48,456 nt of DNA from a virus (Duplodnaviria > Heunggongvirae > Uroviricota > Caudoviricetes). Below, piece by piece: positions 31,034 through 40,336 of this stretch. The position numbers and the translations under genes were made by a program. The DNA is taken from the IMG/VR virus record IMGVR_UViG_2850808358_000014, one strand, 5' to 3'. Numbering within the stretch: the stretch's first letter is position 1; every line of letters begins with the position of its first letter. The notes beneath the pieces are model-generated. The model searched no databases. It saw nothing but the letters and a program-made list of their open reading frames with translations, and was not told where the DNA came from.

Positions 31034-32688
31034 TACCAGCCCCCTCGTTCAAACTGGTGATAATCATCAAAATCATCGTTATCAACACCATCACCACGGT
31101 GGCGTGGTGGCAGCGCCTGTATGCTGTCCTCGTCGATAACAAAACCATTCATATAAGACGCCCTGACAGCCATACAGAGCGCCACGGCAAAGTCGCCATG
31201 TCGTCGGCCTTTACCGCCTTCGTCTTTTGTGCGCCCCTTATCAATCTGCGGAATACCTTTGTCCACCTTGATGTGGAGCAGGTCATCAAGTGTGGTCTGG
31301 TGCCGGGCAATCGTGATGTTCTGCGCTTCAAACTCGCCTTTCAGTTTCGGCATCCACTCCTGATACCAGGATGCGGTCAGATTCACACAGTCGATCATCT
31401 CCGGGCCATAAATCAGACGGGCGGCTTCTGCCAGATAACCGCCGTTACCGGTGGCATCAAATGCAGCGCCGGTAAAACGGGGCAAACGGGACAGAATGAA
31501 TAAAAGGATTTGTCGCTGCTGGTCATAGGTCACATTACGCAGCTCCACGCGGAAACATTCGCGTTTGCGTAAGTCAGGCGTGATGGCAAGCGGCACAAAC
31601 ACCGTCAGGTCGCCACGGCGTGCAAAGTCTTCGCCCAGTACGTGTTTATTGAGCGGCGACAGCGCATCGAGCAACGGGAGCAGCTCCTGTTCACACCAGT
31701 CCTGAACGATGCCGTGGCGCATTTGTGGTGTCAGCGATTCAAAATCGTCCGGGGCTTCAAAACGCAGAACCGGGATATCCCGCGCGGGTGTCATGGCAGC
31801 TTCAATCAGCACGCGTGACAGATAAGCGCCCCCGGATTTTTTAGGAATGCAGCCGTATTCCTCGTCGGCGCTCTCTTTATTCGGCGCATTCCGGTACAGG
31901 CCATCACGCCAGGCTTTTTCCGCTTCCGGCGACCACGGCTGATTCGTGACGTAACAGATACGCCGGTACAACCCGTCAGCGATGGCATCATCCAGTGTGA
32001 TGCGGTGAACGCTGTAATCCTTGCGCCCCTCGCGCGCATCCTGAATGTACTGGTTAAACAGGTTATCGACGCCGTTATGTGTCGATATGATGCGCACGCT
32101 GGCACCCCACATGTTTAGTGCAAAGGCCGCTTTCAGCAGTTCGTCCAGGGCTTCATGGAATGCCGCTTCATCAATCACCACGTCCCCCTGCAAACCACGC
32201 AGGTTAGACGGGCGGCTTGACAGCGCCTGTATCTTAAATCCGCTGTTCGGAAAGCGGATCATGTAGGTGAGGATTTCTTCTTTTTTGTCGCTGTCCCAGA
32301 AGGTCTGCTCCCAGACGTCAGCCTTTGCCAGCTGGTTAAAGGCGCGGGCAAACAGGGCACAGGCGGCGATGTATTCCAGCGCCATTTCCTGACGGGAACC
32401 CACATAAAAGACGTTGCGACCACCGCGACGCTTCGGCTTTGCTGCCGTCATGACATTGCGGCCCGCTTCAGCCCATGTCAGACCGGTACGACGGGATTTT
32501 TCAGCGATGCAAATCTGGCTTTCATCCTCAAACCAGCGGCGCTGATAGCCCAGAAAAACCGGTTCATTGCGGGGCTGTGCTTCCCCGATATCGGTCACGA
32601 TATTCACGCCGAGCAGTTCGGCTTCCTTACGCAGGTTGATTTTGCGGGGCGCATGAAGGGCTTTAAGTTTGCTTTCTCTGGTGCTCAC
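31033..32688 (-). CDS. E: terminase large subunit E (Mu gp28)
   Basis: 551 aa, GTG start, MSTRESKLKALHAPRK... Confidence 0.9.
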   Translation of the reverse strand: MSTRESKLKALHAPRKINLRKEAELLGVNIVTDIGEAQPRNEPVFLGYQRRWFEDESQICIAEKSRRTGLTWAEAGRNVMTAAKPKRRGGRNVFYVGSRQEMALEYIAACALFARAFNQLAKADVWEQTFWDSDKKEEILTYMIRFPNSGFKIQALSSRPSNLRGLQGDVVIDEAAFHEALDELLKAAFALNMWGASVRIISTHNGVDNLFNQYIQDAREGRKDYSVHRITLDDAIADGLYRRICYVTNQPWSPEAEKAWRDGLYRNAPNKESADEEYGCIPKKSGGAYLSRVLIEAAMTPARDIPVLRFEAPDDFESLTPQMRHGIVQDWCEQELLPLLDALSPLNKHVLGEDFARRGDLTVFVPLAITPDLRKRECFRVELRNVTYDQQRQILLFILSRLPRFTGAAFDATGNGGYLAEAARLIYGPEMIDCVNLTASWYQEWMPKLKGEFEAQNITIARHQTTLDDLLHIKVDKGIPQIDKGRTKDEGGKGRRHGDFAVALCMAVRASYMNGFVIDEDSIQALPPRHRGDGVDNDDFDDYHQFERGGW

Positions 32689-32743
32689 GGGTGAAAAATC
32701 CGGTATAAATTTTCAGGCATTAATCAGTAAAAAAGAGGTTTTT

Positions 32744-32938
32744 ATGAAAGAGAAACTGACCATTGATCAAAAAATCGAAATTGCCCGGATAGCCGTGCAA
32801 ATGTTTGAATCCACCCGGGCAAAAGGCGTTTCACTTGAGATCTCCTGTTCAGGAAAAGCATCAGTGGAAGAAAACACATTTAATGCTTTCTACAAAATTG
32901 TTGAAAAAACCGTTATCGGTGAACCTGAGAATAACTGA
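32744..32938 (+). CDS. hypothetical 64-aa protein on the opposite strand (low GC, strong RBS)
   Basis: AAGAGG-N5-ATG; about 37% GC; its 3' end overlaps the convergent 65-aa gene by about 25 bp. Confidence 0.5.
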   Translation: MKEKLTIDQKIEIARIAVQMFESTRAKGVSLEISCSGKASVEENTFNAFYKIVEKTVIGEPENN

Positions 32939-33110
32939 TCACCTGGCCCGCTGTAGCCGGGCCATCCACCAGTTGCATAACCAGATACAGGGCCTCGGCC
33001 ATAATTCGTGGATGGACTTCCGGATCCTCATCAATCTGTTTTTTCACAACGGGCCACAGTGCCATTGCCAGTTCTGTTGAGGTTTTGTATTTAGTTTTTT
33101 CATCCGCCAT
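32913..33110 (-). CDS. hypothetical 65-aa acidic protein
   Basis: GAGGAG SD; lies between gp27 and the large terminase. Confidence 0.5.
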   Translation of the reverse strand: MADEKTKYKTSTELAMALWPVVKKQIDEDPEVHPRIMAEALYLVMQLVDGPATAGQVISYSQVHR

Positions 33111-33120
33111 TTTCATCTCC

Positions 33121-33291
33121 TCAGGACAAAGTCCTTAGTTGTTTTATGGTCGTATGCCATGAATTGCCTGAAGCCATAGCCTGAACAAGCACATCCCGAA
33201 TCTGGTGTATCAACCGGACATCAGACAATGTTGCAATCCTGAAGGCTTTTTTATGGGCACTGATTAGCTGTGCTTTGTAATTATTTTTCAT
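33121..33291 (-). CDS. hypothetical 56-aa basic protein
   Basis: Starts 10 bp after the gp27 stop; no family recognised. Confidence 0.45.
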   Translation of the reverse strand: MKNNYKAQLISAHKKAFRIATLSDVRLIHQIRDVLVQAMASGNSWHTTIKQLRTLS

Positions 33292-33301
33292 AACGTAACG
33301 C

Positions 33302-33892
33302 CTACGCTTTCCCCAGCAGTACATCACGGATGCGCTGCTCCAGTTCTTCGCTGATGCCATCCTGCCCGCGCAGTTCTTCACTGACGGCGTTTGCCGCTTC
33401 TTCTGCGAACGCCTGGCGGATTTCTTTCTCGCGCCGGTGGCTGGACATTGCTGTGGATTCCAGACGCTGTGCCGCCAGCATGGCATTTTTCAGCAGGTCA
33501 ATATCCACGTCAGATTCCGGGTTTTCGATTTGCCGCATCATGGCCTTAAAAAGCTGGCTGCGGGCCATTTCCAGAATCAGCTTTGTGGTTTCGCCCATTG
33601 GCTTGTCGCCAAGCTCTGCGGTCAGTGCTGACGTCATTTCACGCATCTGTCGCAGGTTATGGCCTACCTGCTCGACGTTCGTCGCGTAACGGTTCAGACC
33701 GGAACGGGAGAGTTTCATCTCATCCGGCAGGCCAGCGTCTTCAATCAGTGCGTTAATTTCTTCAAGAATACGGGCCTGTGGGATCGCCTTATCACGCAGC
33801 ATTTCATGCAGCGTTTTACGTACGTTTTCCGGCAGTAAATCCACTTTTGAAGCCCGTCCCCGTGTTTTCCTGTCCATCACGCCTCCTGTCAT
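33302..33892 (-). CDS. Mu gp27-like DNA-binding protein (putative small terminase)
   Basis: 196 aa upstream of the large terminase. Confidence 0.8.
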   Translation of the reverse strand: MTGGVMDRKTRGRASKVDLLPENVRKTLHEMLRDKAIPQARILEEINALIEDAGLPDEMKLSRSGLNRYATNVEQVGHNLRQMREMTSALTAELGDKPMGETTKLILEMARSQLFKAMMRQIENPESDVDIDLLKNAMLAAQRLESTAMSSHRREKEIRQAFAEEAANAVSEELRGQDGISEELEQRIRDVLLGKA

Positions 33893-34179
33893 GCACGGGG
33901 ACGCGGACGCTTGACACCGGCAATGCGGGCACGGCCTTCCGCCACATCCTGACCACGGGAGGTCAGCGTTACGACATAAAAGCCGCGCAGGTTTTCCACG
34001 GTGACCAGTTGCTGCTCTGCCAGCCAGTCAATCTGGCCGCGAACCACATCACGGGAAACGTTGTGTCCGTATGCATCCAGACAGTCCTGAAGGATGGATT
34101 CGTTGGCTTCGTTATTGCAGTCCATCAGGGAACGCAGGATGACCAGACGACGGTCTTCGGTCAGAATATCGTTAATCAT
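33889..34179 (-). CDS. Mu gp26-like protein
   Basis: 96 aa, conserved position. Confidence 0.75.
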   Translation of the reverse strand: MINDILTEDRRLVILRSLMDCNNEANESILQDCLDAYGHNVSRDVVRGQIDWLAEQQLVTVENLRGFYVVTLTSRGQDVAEGRARIAGVKRPRPRA

Positions 34180-34496
34180 GAATTACTCCGGTTTACTGCG
34201 TTTTCAAGCAGCAGCTCCAGTTGATGGGAAAATGACTGCACCTGCCGGGACAGCACCCGGATATCGCCGGACAGCTCTGCAATTCGCAGGCGCATTTCGT
34301 GTACATCTTCTGTGCCAGGGATGCTGGCGTAGCGGGTTTCCATTTCGGTCATCCGGTTTTCAAGACGCTCCACACGCTCGGTGCTGGCAAAACTACGACG
34401 CATCGCCCAGACGGCCCCACCGGCGGCGACAGGCAACAGGTACAACAGGTAAGGCCATAACGCTAAAACTGAATCCATTATTCTGCTCCACGGCAC
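34176..34496 (-). CDS. membrane protein with N-terminal TM helix (Mu gp25-like lysis protein)
   Basis: 106 aa; hydrophobic N-terminus LALWPYLLYLLPVAAGGAVWA. Confidence 0.7.
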   Translation of the reverse strand: MPWSRIMDSVLALWPYLLYLLPVAAGGAVWAMRRSFASTERVERLENRMTEMETRYASIPGTEDVHEMRLRIAELSGDIRVLSRQVQSFSHQLELLLENAVNRSNS

Positions 34497-34672
34497 CAGT
34501 GGCAGTAGTTCGCCATCGGCTGCTGTCTCAGCACATCAGGCCGCAGCTTACGACCGCAACCGGCGCACAATACAGGCGGGTCATACGCCGCCGGACGGGG
34601 AATATCACGGGTATTCCCCTGCCAGAGTTCAGCGAGCAGCAGCGCCACCGCCCGGTTCTGGTCTTCGTTCAT
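34478..34672 (-). CDS. small Cys4 zinc-ribbon protein (Mu gp24-like)
   Basis: 64 aa with CxxC...CxxC. Confidence 0.65.
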   Translation of the reverse strand: MNEDQNRAVALLLAELWQGNTRDIPRPAAYDPPVLCAGCGRKLRPDVLRQQPMANYCHWCRGAE

Positions 34673-35216
34673 AAATTTCTTTCCTCCGGGTCTCCTGTTC
34701 CCGGACTGATGCCTTGTCGCGGTTGCACTGCCCGAGCGCTATCAGCAGGTCAGCATTCCAGAGCAGGGATGCTCCCCACGTCAGGGGCTGTGGCATGGGC
34801 GGAACGGGCGTTGCTTCCGTCAGTTCTGCATCAGTTTCGGCAGGATCACCACCGATGGCACGGGTGCGTTTTTCGAGTTCCCGCAACCTGTCAGCAGCAA
34901 CGGCAGGCACAGGACGAGTGCTGCAATTGTCACCGGTAATGGCGGTTGTAATTTTTTGTTTTGCATCATGATGTTCTGTCTCGTCTGCCAGCCGCGCGGC
35001 ACGATTTGCGGCACGGATAGCGGAAAATACCTGCATCGTCTGTTCCTGACTGTGTAACAACCATTCAGCCGTGTTGCGGGCCTGTTGCTCCGTCTGTAAT
35101 TCACGGCGCAGCGTCTGGTTATCGTGGCGGGTGCTGTCCAGCCTGTGCCACAACACCCCGGACAGAACGGCGGCAAACACGGCTGCCAGCAGTAAACTTT
35201 TACTGGCGAAGGTCAT
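34629..35216 (-). CDS. i-spanin-like lysis protein (Mu gp23-like)
   Basis: Begins MTFASKSLLLAAVFAAVLSGVLW (TM helix); in the sequence as given it is fused to lys by the frameshift. Confidence 0.65.
   Translation of the reverse strand: MTFASKSLLLAAVFAAVLSGVLWHRLDSTRHDNQTLRRELQTEQQARNTAEWLLHSQEQTMQVFSAIRAANRAARLADETEHHDAKQKITTAITGDNCSTRPVPAVAADRLRELEKRTRAIGGDPAETDAELTEATPVPPMPQPLTWGASLLWNADLLIALGQCNRDKASVREQETRRKEIYERRPEPGGGAAAR
34820..34969 (-). CDS. o-spanin-like lipoprotein embedded in an alternate frame of the i-spanin gene
   Basis: MMQNKKLQPPLPVTIAALVLCLPLLLTGC has a signal peptide and lipobox. Confidence 0.6.
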   Translation of the reverse strand: MMQNKKLQPPLPVTIAALVLCLPLLLTGCGNSKNAPVPSVVILPKLMQN

Positions 35217-35717
35217 CCGCCCCCTGATATTCCAGATAGCCATTTCCACTTCGCGACGGTTCATCAGTCCTTTCCATTTATGGCCTGCGGCAAACACCCA
35301 GCGGGCCATCTGGTCACGCGCTCCGGCGTAATCACCGGCATTGAGTTTTTTCAGCAGCGTTGATTTACTGAATGCGGTAACACCGGTGTTGAAAATAAAC
35401 GTTGCCAGCGCCGTTTTCTGATATGGCGTCAGCGGCACCCTGACAAGACGATCGATTGCCGCATAAACCGGTTTTAAATCACTGTCGAGAAAAGCCATAC
35501 ACTCCGCATGGCTGTAACGGCGCATTTCGATATCCGGCCCGGTATGTCCCACACAGACCGTAAGCACACTGGCAATATCGCGGTAAGGCATATAAGCGAT
35601 ATTTTCCAGATGGATCAGAGAATGACGGGTCATTTCCTGATAACCACCCACACCGCCACCGGCAATCGTTGCCGCCAGCAGTGCGGCTTTCAGTTTTTTT
35701 GGTATCCCCGCCATCAT
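35200..35717 (-). pseudogene. lys: endolysin Lys (Mu gp22), frameshift near the 3' end
   Basis: MMAGIPKKLKAALLAATIAGGG... matches Mu Lys; the frame slips at a G/C run near 35222 and reads on into the spanin frame (362-aa fused ORF). Confidence 0.85.
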
Positions 35718-35808
35718 GCTTCCCTGAAAAAATGCTCTGATGGCAGTCTAAAAAATCAGATGGCAGGTGCGGGATTATGGTGACAGGAAATAACCGGCAG
35801 GATGCCGG

Positions 35809-36230
35809 TTATTTCTGGCTTTCAGGTGAGAACAGATCAGGCTGATGACGTCGTGTATGCAGCTTTCTCTGGCGGGCAATAATCTGGTAGATCTGCGGCT
35901 GGGACAGGCGGTACTGGCGACGCAGTTCTTCCATGTTACGACCATTGAACTGGCAGTAAAGCAAATCGTCGCGTAACGCGGTCAGGATCGTATCGCCGCA
36001 GGGGATGTAAAACTGCCGCCCCCCAGAAAACAGGACAGGGCAACGGCCTGTTTACGGGCAAGCTCACGGGGATTGCTGACGTTCTGGCGTTTCAGTTCGT
36101 TTTCCAGAACATCAATCAGATCAACCACTGAACGGGGCCAGCGTGATTCCAGTTCCGGGGCCGGGATGTTATCAATATGCCCGATTAACTGGCGAATTGC
36201 CGGATCGTGTTCAAATAAATCATGCTGCAT
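35809..36230 (-). pseudogene. C: late transcription activator C, frameshifted
   Basis: MQHDLFEHDPAIRQLIGHID... matches Mu C up to ...SCFLGG, then slips at a run of about 6 G/C near 36021. Confidence 0.85.
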
Positions 36231-36341
36231 ATTTTCCCCGGTTAACAGACAAAAAGATACACCACGGCACTGATGGTTATCAGAACCACAAGGGCAATCA
36301 CTTTTATCGCATTAATCAGCGTGGACGGCCCGAAACATTCA

Positions 36342-36572
36342 TCACTGAATTTTCTGTACACAATATTTTTCCTTATAACGTTGACAGTGGTGAAGAATTT
36401 CCGGCATATCAACTGACTGCCAGCCTTTCATGTAATAACTGCCGTGGGTGCCATCATGACCGGTATAGTCGCGGGGCGCAGGCCGTGGCCCACCGGCGAC
36501 ACGGTGCAAAACCTCCTGACGCAGCCGCTCACGTCTGCCAAGATGAAAGGATGCATTCCAGCCTTTACCCAT
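36342..36572 (-). CDS. small hypothetical protein between mor and C
   Basis: 76-aa ORF; a possible 46-aa hydrophobic ORF follows at about 36231-36345. Confidence 0.55.
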   Translation of the reverse strand: MGKGWNASFHLGRRERLRQEVLHRVAGGPRPAPRDYTGHDGTHGSYYMKGWQSVDMPEILHHCQRYKEKYCVQKIQ

Positions 36573-36614
36573 GATGATTTCCCCCGGTACGGTTATTCAT
36601 CACAGGATATTGAG

Positions 36615-36645
36615 GACGTAAAAAAAGCCGGATTAACCGGCTTTA
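36615..36645 (-). terminator. rho-independent terminator directly after mor (early-operon terminator)
   Basis: GCCGG-ATTAA-CCGGC hairpin followed by U7 on the minus strand, 9 bp after the mor stop. Confidence 0.55.
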
Positions 36646-36649
36646 CTGT

Positions 36650-37039
36650 TTACAGAAGTGAGGGCTGGTACTGGCGGTATTTCAGCCGTCGCATCCGGCG
36701 AATGGCCTTGTAAACCGTATTGAAAGTGACACCATAACGGGTGGTCAGTTCGCTGACGTTGCGACCGTTAAAATCATTCCAGATACGCAAATCCCGAATC
36801 AGCGAGTCCAGAACCTGACCGCGTGGAATGTAGACCTGACCGCCGCCCAGATGCTTACAGATAGCCACAACAATCTCCAGTGAATGGGCAGGATCAACAC
36901 CCAGCCGGGACAATTCCCCGCGTAGTAAATCGTTCAGCTCCGCCAGCAGTGCCGGAAAGCGTGACGTATCCTCTGCGGGATTGTCAAGATGTGCCAGGAT
37001 GGTGTCATCCTGCAAATCACCAAATAAATCTTCCGTCAT
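36650..37039 (-). CDS. mor: Mor, middle operon regulator
   Basis: 129 aa, MTEDLFGDLQDDTILAHLDNPAEDTSRF... matches Mu Mor. Confidence 0.95.
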   Translation of the reverse strand: MTEDLFGDLQDDTILAHLDNPAEDTSRFPALLAELNDLLRGELSRLGVDPAHSLEIVVAICKHLGGGQVYIPRGQVLDSLIRDLRIWNDFNGRNVSELTTRYGVTFNTVYKAIRRMRRLKYRQYQPSLL

Positions 37040-37586
37040 TGTGCCATCCTCCGTGTCTTTCTGGCATGGGCATAAGCCGCCGTCATGGCATCATAGCCGC
37101 GCAGTTCACGACCAGACGGACTGACCGGCAATGGAATCCCGTGACGGGAAAAGGCTTCACGAATACAGCGGATGTGCCACTGTTTCAGGGTTTCAAGCAC
37201 AACTTGCAACGATTCTCCGTGGCACCAAGCCAGCGTGGAAACACCCTGTCCGCCATTACGTTTCGCCGTCAGGCGCTGAACATATTTATCCAGCGCCACA
37301 TCACCGCCATCGGTAATAAAACCGTCTTCTGCCATCTGCTGCCAGACTTTGTATACCTTCTCGCGGGAGTGACATGCCCCTTAAAGCGGCGACGTGGATG
37401 TTTATTCAGCTTCTTAAAGCCGCGTTCTTTCATGGCATCGAGCACCTGTTCCAGTTGCGTAACCGTAAGCTCGCGGCAACTGGTTTTGCCCGTTTTCTGC
37501 ATCAGAAAAGCGCGGTAAGTGTCGTCGTCGAGTTGTAGCTCCCGACGGGCGACATGGATTAATTTAATCAGGGATGTGCGATTCAT
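37036..37586 (-). pseudogene. gemA: GemA, frameshifted
   Basis: 105-aa and 99-aa fragments; join ...HPRRRFKG|ACHSRE... at a G/C run near 37378. Confidence 0.85.
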
Positions 37587-37655
37587 GATCGTACCTCCGG
37601 AAAGAGGCGGTGCTGCAACACCGCCTGAATTTACACATCAATCAGAGAGGATTTT

Positions 37656-37922
37656 ATGGAAAATAATGTACAACCTTATGATGTTGCAGGTTATGCGATT
37701 GCATCAGCACTGGTGCGCCTTCTGGTGAAGAAGGCGATCATCACCGCAGAAGAGGGCCAAGCCATTTTCAGCTCTTCAGCAGAGATTTTAAAAGATGCGC
37801 CTGCAATGAGAACAAGCCGCCGCGAAAAACTGCAACTGTCAAAGATCATGGAAGACATTATCAGTTCGTTAGACCCAGATGCTGACGGATCTCAAAAGCC
37901 TCAAACACATGAGCGTCAGTAA
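37656..37922 (+). CDS. opposite-strand 88-aa ORF with strong RBS in the early-operon gap
   Basis: AGAGAGGA-N4-ATG; overlaps the 3' end of the upstream early gene by about 60 bp; a competing 56-aa same-strand ORF exists. Confidence 0.35.
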   Translation: MENNVQPYDVAGYAIASALVRLLVKKAIITAEEGQAIFSSSAEILKDAPAMRTSRREKLQLSKIMEDIISSLDPDADGSQKPQTHERQ

Positions 37923-38178
37923 CAATATCCTGGTCTGATAACCCCAGCCTGCGGCGGATGTACTCCTCGCGGGCTGTTTCATTTTGCAGTGCCACTAATG
38001 TTTCCAGACGATTCATTTCGCGGTTGATAATGTCACGAACTTCTCTGGCAGTGAGAGCGTGCTTAATACCATATTCAACGATAGCGCGAACACGTTCCAG
38101 CATCCTTTTTTCAGCCATGACGTTATCAATATTAAGGGGAGTAAATTTAGTTTCATTATCCATATTATTCACCTTCAC
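37861..38178 (-). CDS. Mu early-region protein (gp14-like)
   Basis: 105 aa, conserved position. Confidence 0.75.
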   Translation of the reverse strand: MKVNNMDNETKFTPLNIDNVMAEKRMLERVRAIVEYGIKHALTAREVRDIINREMNRLETLVALQNETAREEYIRRRLGLSDQDIVTDAHVFEAFEIRQHLGLTN

Positions 38179-38347
38179 AATTCATGCACGCCGTGTCATC
38201 GCCCATATCGCAGTGGTTGCATTTCAGCCCGCCACAATGAGGGCACTCTTTCAGATATTCAGGGGCTTCATTACCGCAGGTCGGACATGCCTGTTTCACC
38301 GTGGTGAATGTCCCCAGCCACGAATACGATGTTTCATTGTTTTCCAT
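38165..38347 (-). CDS. small zinc-ribbon protein (Mu gp13-like)
   Basis: 60 aa with CPTC...CPHC...C motifs. Confidence 0.75.
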   Translation of the reverse strand: MENNETSYSWLGTFTTVKQACPTCGNEAPEYLKECPHCGGLKCNHCDMGDDTACMNCEGE

Positions 38348-38903
38348 TGTTTACCTCCGCCTGTTTTTGCGCCCGGATAAATTCGTCAGAAAGGATTTCA
38401 GTCATGCGGCCTTGTGCGGGTGTCATCCCCGTCATGACGTAAATCACATCACCAACACGGAACCACTGGAGAGGTCCGAATATTGTTGCGCTGAAATCCA
38501 GTCCCAGTGCGGGTAAGAGAGCGTCTGTGCGGGCATAAGTGACCGGAATATTCTCCTGCCATATTTTCGCCAGCTCTCTTGCCTGCACCCTGAGATGAGC
38601 AGGTATCCGCGAAGTTCTGGGCCTGCAACTGTTACCTGATGCGGGCCGTTGTACGGTCCACAGCTCCCGCGAGAAGGGGCGCTCATTCCCCGGAAAATTC
38701 ACGCCATGAAAATGACGCCCACCAATACCTGTGCTGAATACTGACCGACAACCACAACCCAGAACCTTATCAAGATGGCGGGCTTCTTCGCGTAGTTTCA
38801 GACAGTCCGCCATAAACTGGTCCCACGCCATCAGTGCTGCGGGATTTGACGTTTTAAAAAACATCACGCCACCTCCTGCACCGCTGCGGGAGCCGGAGAA
38901 CAA
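38334..38903 (-). CDS. Mu early-region protein (gp12-like)
   Basis: 189-aa ORF; N-terminal half has unusual composition. Confidence 0.65.
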   Translation of the reverse strand: MFSGSRSGAGGGVMFFKTSNPAALMAWDQFMADCLKLREEARHLDKVLGCGCRSVFSTGIGGRHFHGVNFPGNERPFSRELWTVQRPASGNSCRPRTSRIPAHLRVQARELAKIWQENIPVTYARTDALLPALGLDFSATIFGPLQWFRVGDVIYVMTGMTPAQGRMTEILSDEFIRAQKQAEVNNGKQ

Positions 38904-39394
38904 TCAAGAATGAGATAACGCAGTACATGGTCGGTGATATTCCAGGCGCTTGAACTGCAAATAAAACGCCCCAGCCGGATATCGATATAAGCCATCACAA
39001 AACGGGGCATTCCCTGTTCGCACATTCTGTTATCCACCTCAGCAACAATGTGGACTGACTCACAGGTCAGCACGCCCGTCGCAAACTCTTTTGCCAGCGC
39101 GGGGATGGTATTACCTTCCACCCAGGGTAATGAGCGACGCCAGTTGCACCACACCGCATCATCAACAGCAGGCTGCTCAGTTGCGTTTCGTCTTACAGGC
39201 GGCGTCGGACGCGGGCGCGGAACGTCATAAAATCCGTTGCATTCGGTGAGCACTCCGGCATCAACCGCATCACGCAGGAAATACACCATTGACGAGGGCA
39301 GCATATTCATTTTTTCAGCCAGAACTCCGCAGGTCAGGCGTCCGTAAGCCCGTAATAATGTGCTGACACCATTCAGAATTTTTGCATCAACCAT
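38864..39394 (-). CDS. Mu early-region protein (gp11-like)
   Basis: 176 aa downstream of gam. Confidence 0.7.
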   Translation of the reverse strand: MVDAKILNGVSTLLRAYGRLTCGVLAEKMNMLPSSMVYFLRDAVDAGVLTECNGFYDVPRPRPTPPVRRNATEQPAVDDAVWCNWRRSLPWVEGNTIPALAKEFATGVLTCESVHIVAEVDNRMCEQGMPRFVMAYIDIRLGRFICSSSAWNITDHVLRYLILDCSPAPAAVQEVA

Positions 39395-39492
39395 GTTTTA
39401 TTCCTCAGTAATCTGTTTCAGGCGCGAGCAATCCCCTGACGTATCGCGCCATAATTAAAAGAATGTGAATTAATTAAATATTAATGGTGGTA

Positions 39493-40017
39493 TTAAATAC
39501 CGGCTTCCTGTTCAAATGGAATAATAGAAAAATCCTCAATGCCTGATTTAACTGTAATTCCGGCAACGCCTGCGACCGCTTTCGGTTCCAGTAAAATCGC
39601 TTCCTTGTTGATTTCCTGCTTCGTGCGAATAAAGCGTTGCAGGCCAAGACGCTCCAGCGTTTCCATCACTGCATCCATACCACGAATACTTACTGATGGT
39701 GGACGGACCCGCCACGATACATCACCGGTGACAAGATTCGCCGTCTTCACTTTGCCGCCGTTCGTCAGTTCGTCGCGGTTCGCTTCACACCATCCCTGAA
39801 CGCCTTTTGAAAGGGTTTCAATATCGGTTTTAATCGGTGCAATCCGGGCTGCAAATTTCTCCGTAATTTCCGCGATGGCATCATTCATTTCCGTTTCCAG
39901 ACGTGATGCTTCGCGCTGTAAATCCCCGATGCGTTTAATATCGGTAATCACCGCATCGCGGTTTTGTGGCACATAAGCCGCTGCGGCACTTTTGATACGT
40001 TTTGCTGGTTTAGCCAT
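39493..40017 (-). CDS. gam: host-nuclease inhibitor protein Gam
   Basis: 174 aa, MAKPAKRIKSAAAAYVPQNRDAV... matches Mu Gam. Confidence 0.9.
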   Translation of the reverse strand: MAKPAKRIKSAAAAYVPQNRDAVITDIKRIGDLQREASRLETEMNDAIAEITEKFAARIAPIKTDIETLSKGVQGWCEANRDELTNGGKVKTANLVTGDVSWRVRPPSVSIRGMDAVMETLERLGLQRFIRTKQEINKEAILLEPKAVAGVAGITVKSGIEDFSIIPFEQEAGI

Positions 40018-40036
40018 AAATTAAAGCTCCTGTTAA

Positions 40037-40336
40037 TTAATATCCGCTGTATACAATGCTGGATACAGCTCGATTGCTTAATTCCATCTTTCGGGCAATG
40101 ACATGAATATCCAGTCCTTCTTTATAAAGTTCACGACATAAATATTTGTCGTGTTCACTGATTCGGTATACACACAATGATATTCCGTGCCTTCTGGCAT
40201 GTGCCCGGAGGGCGGTTGTGGCGACTTTCAGTTTTTCCGCCATTTCTTCAACGGTCATTTTCCCGACGTTGGCTTCGATAAATTCCCGGTCTTCGCGTGA
40301 CCAGCGCTTACGATTACACTTCATGTCAGCCACCAT
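40037..40336 (-). CDS. HTH DNA-binding early protein
   Basis: 99 aa with HTH-like segments (MTVEEMAEKLKVATTALRAHARRHG). Confidence 0.7.
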   Translation of the reverse strand: MVADMKCNRKRWSREDREFIEANVGKMTVEEMAEKLKVATTALRAHARRHGISLCVYRISEHDKYLCRELYKEGLDIHVIARKMELSNRAVSSIVYSGY

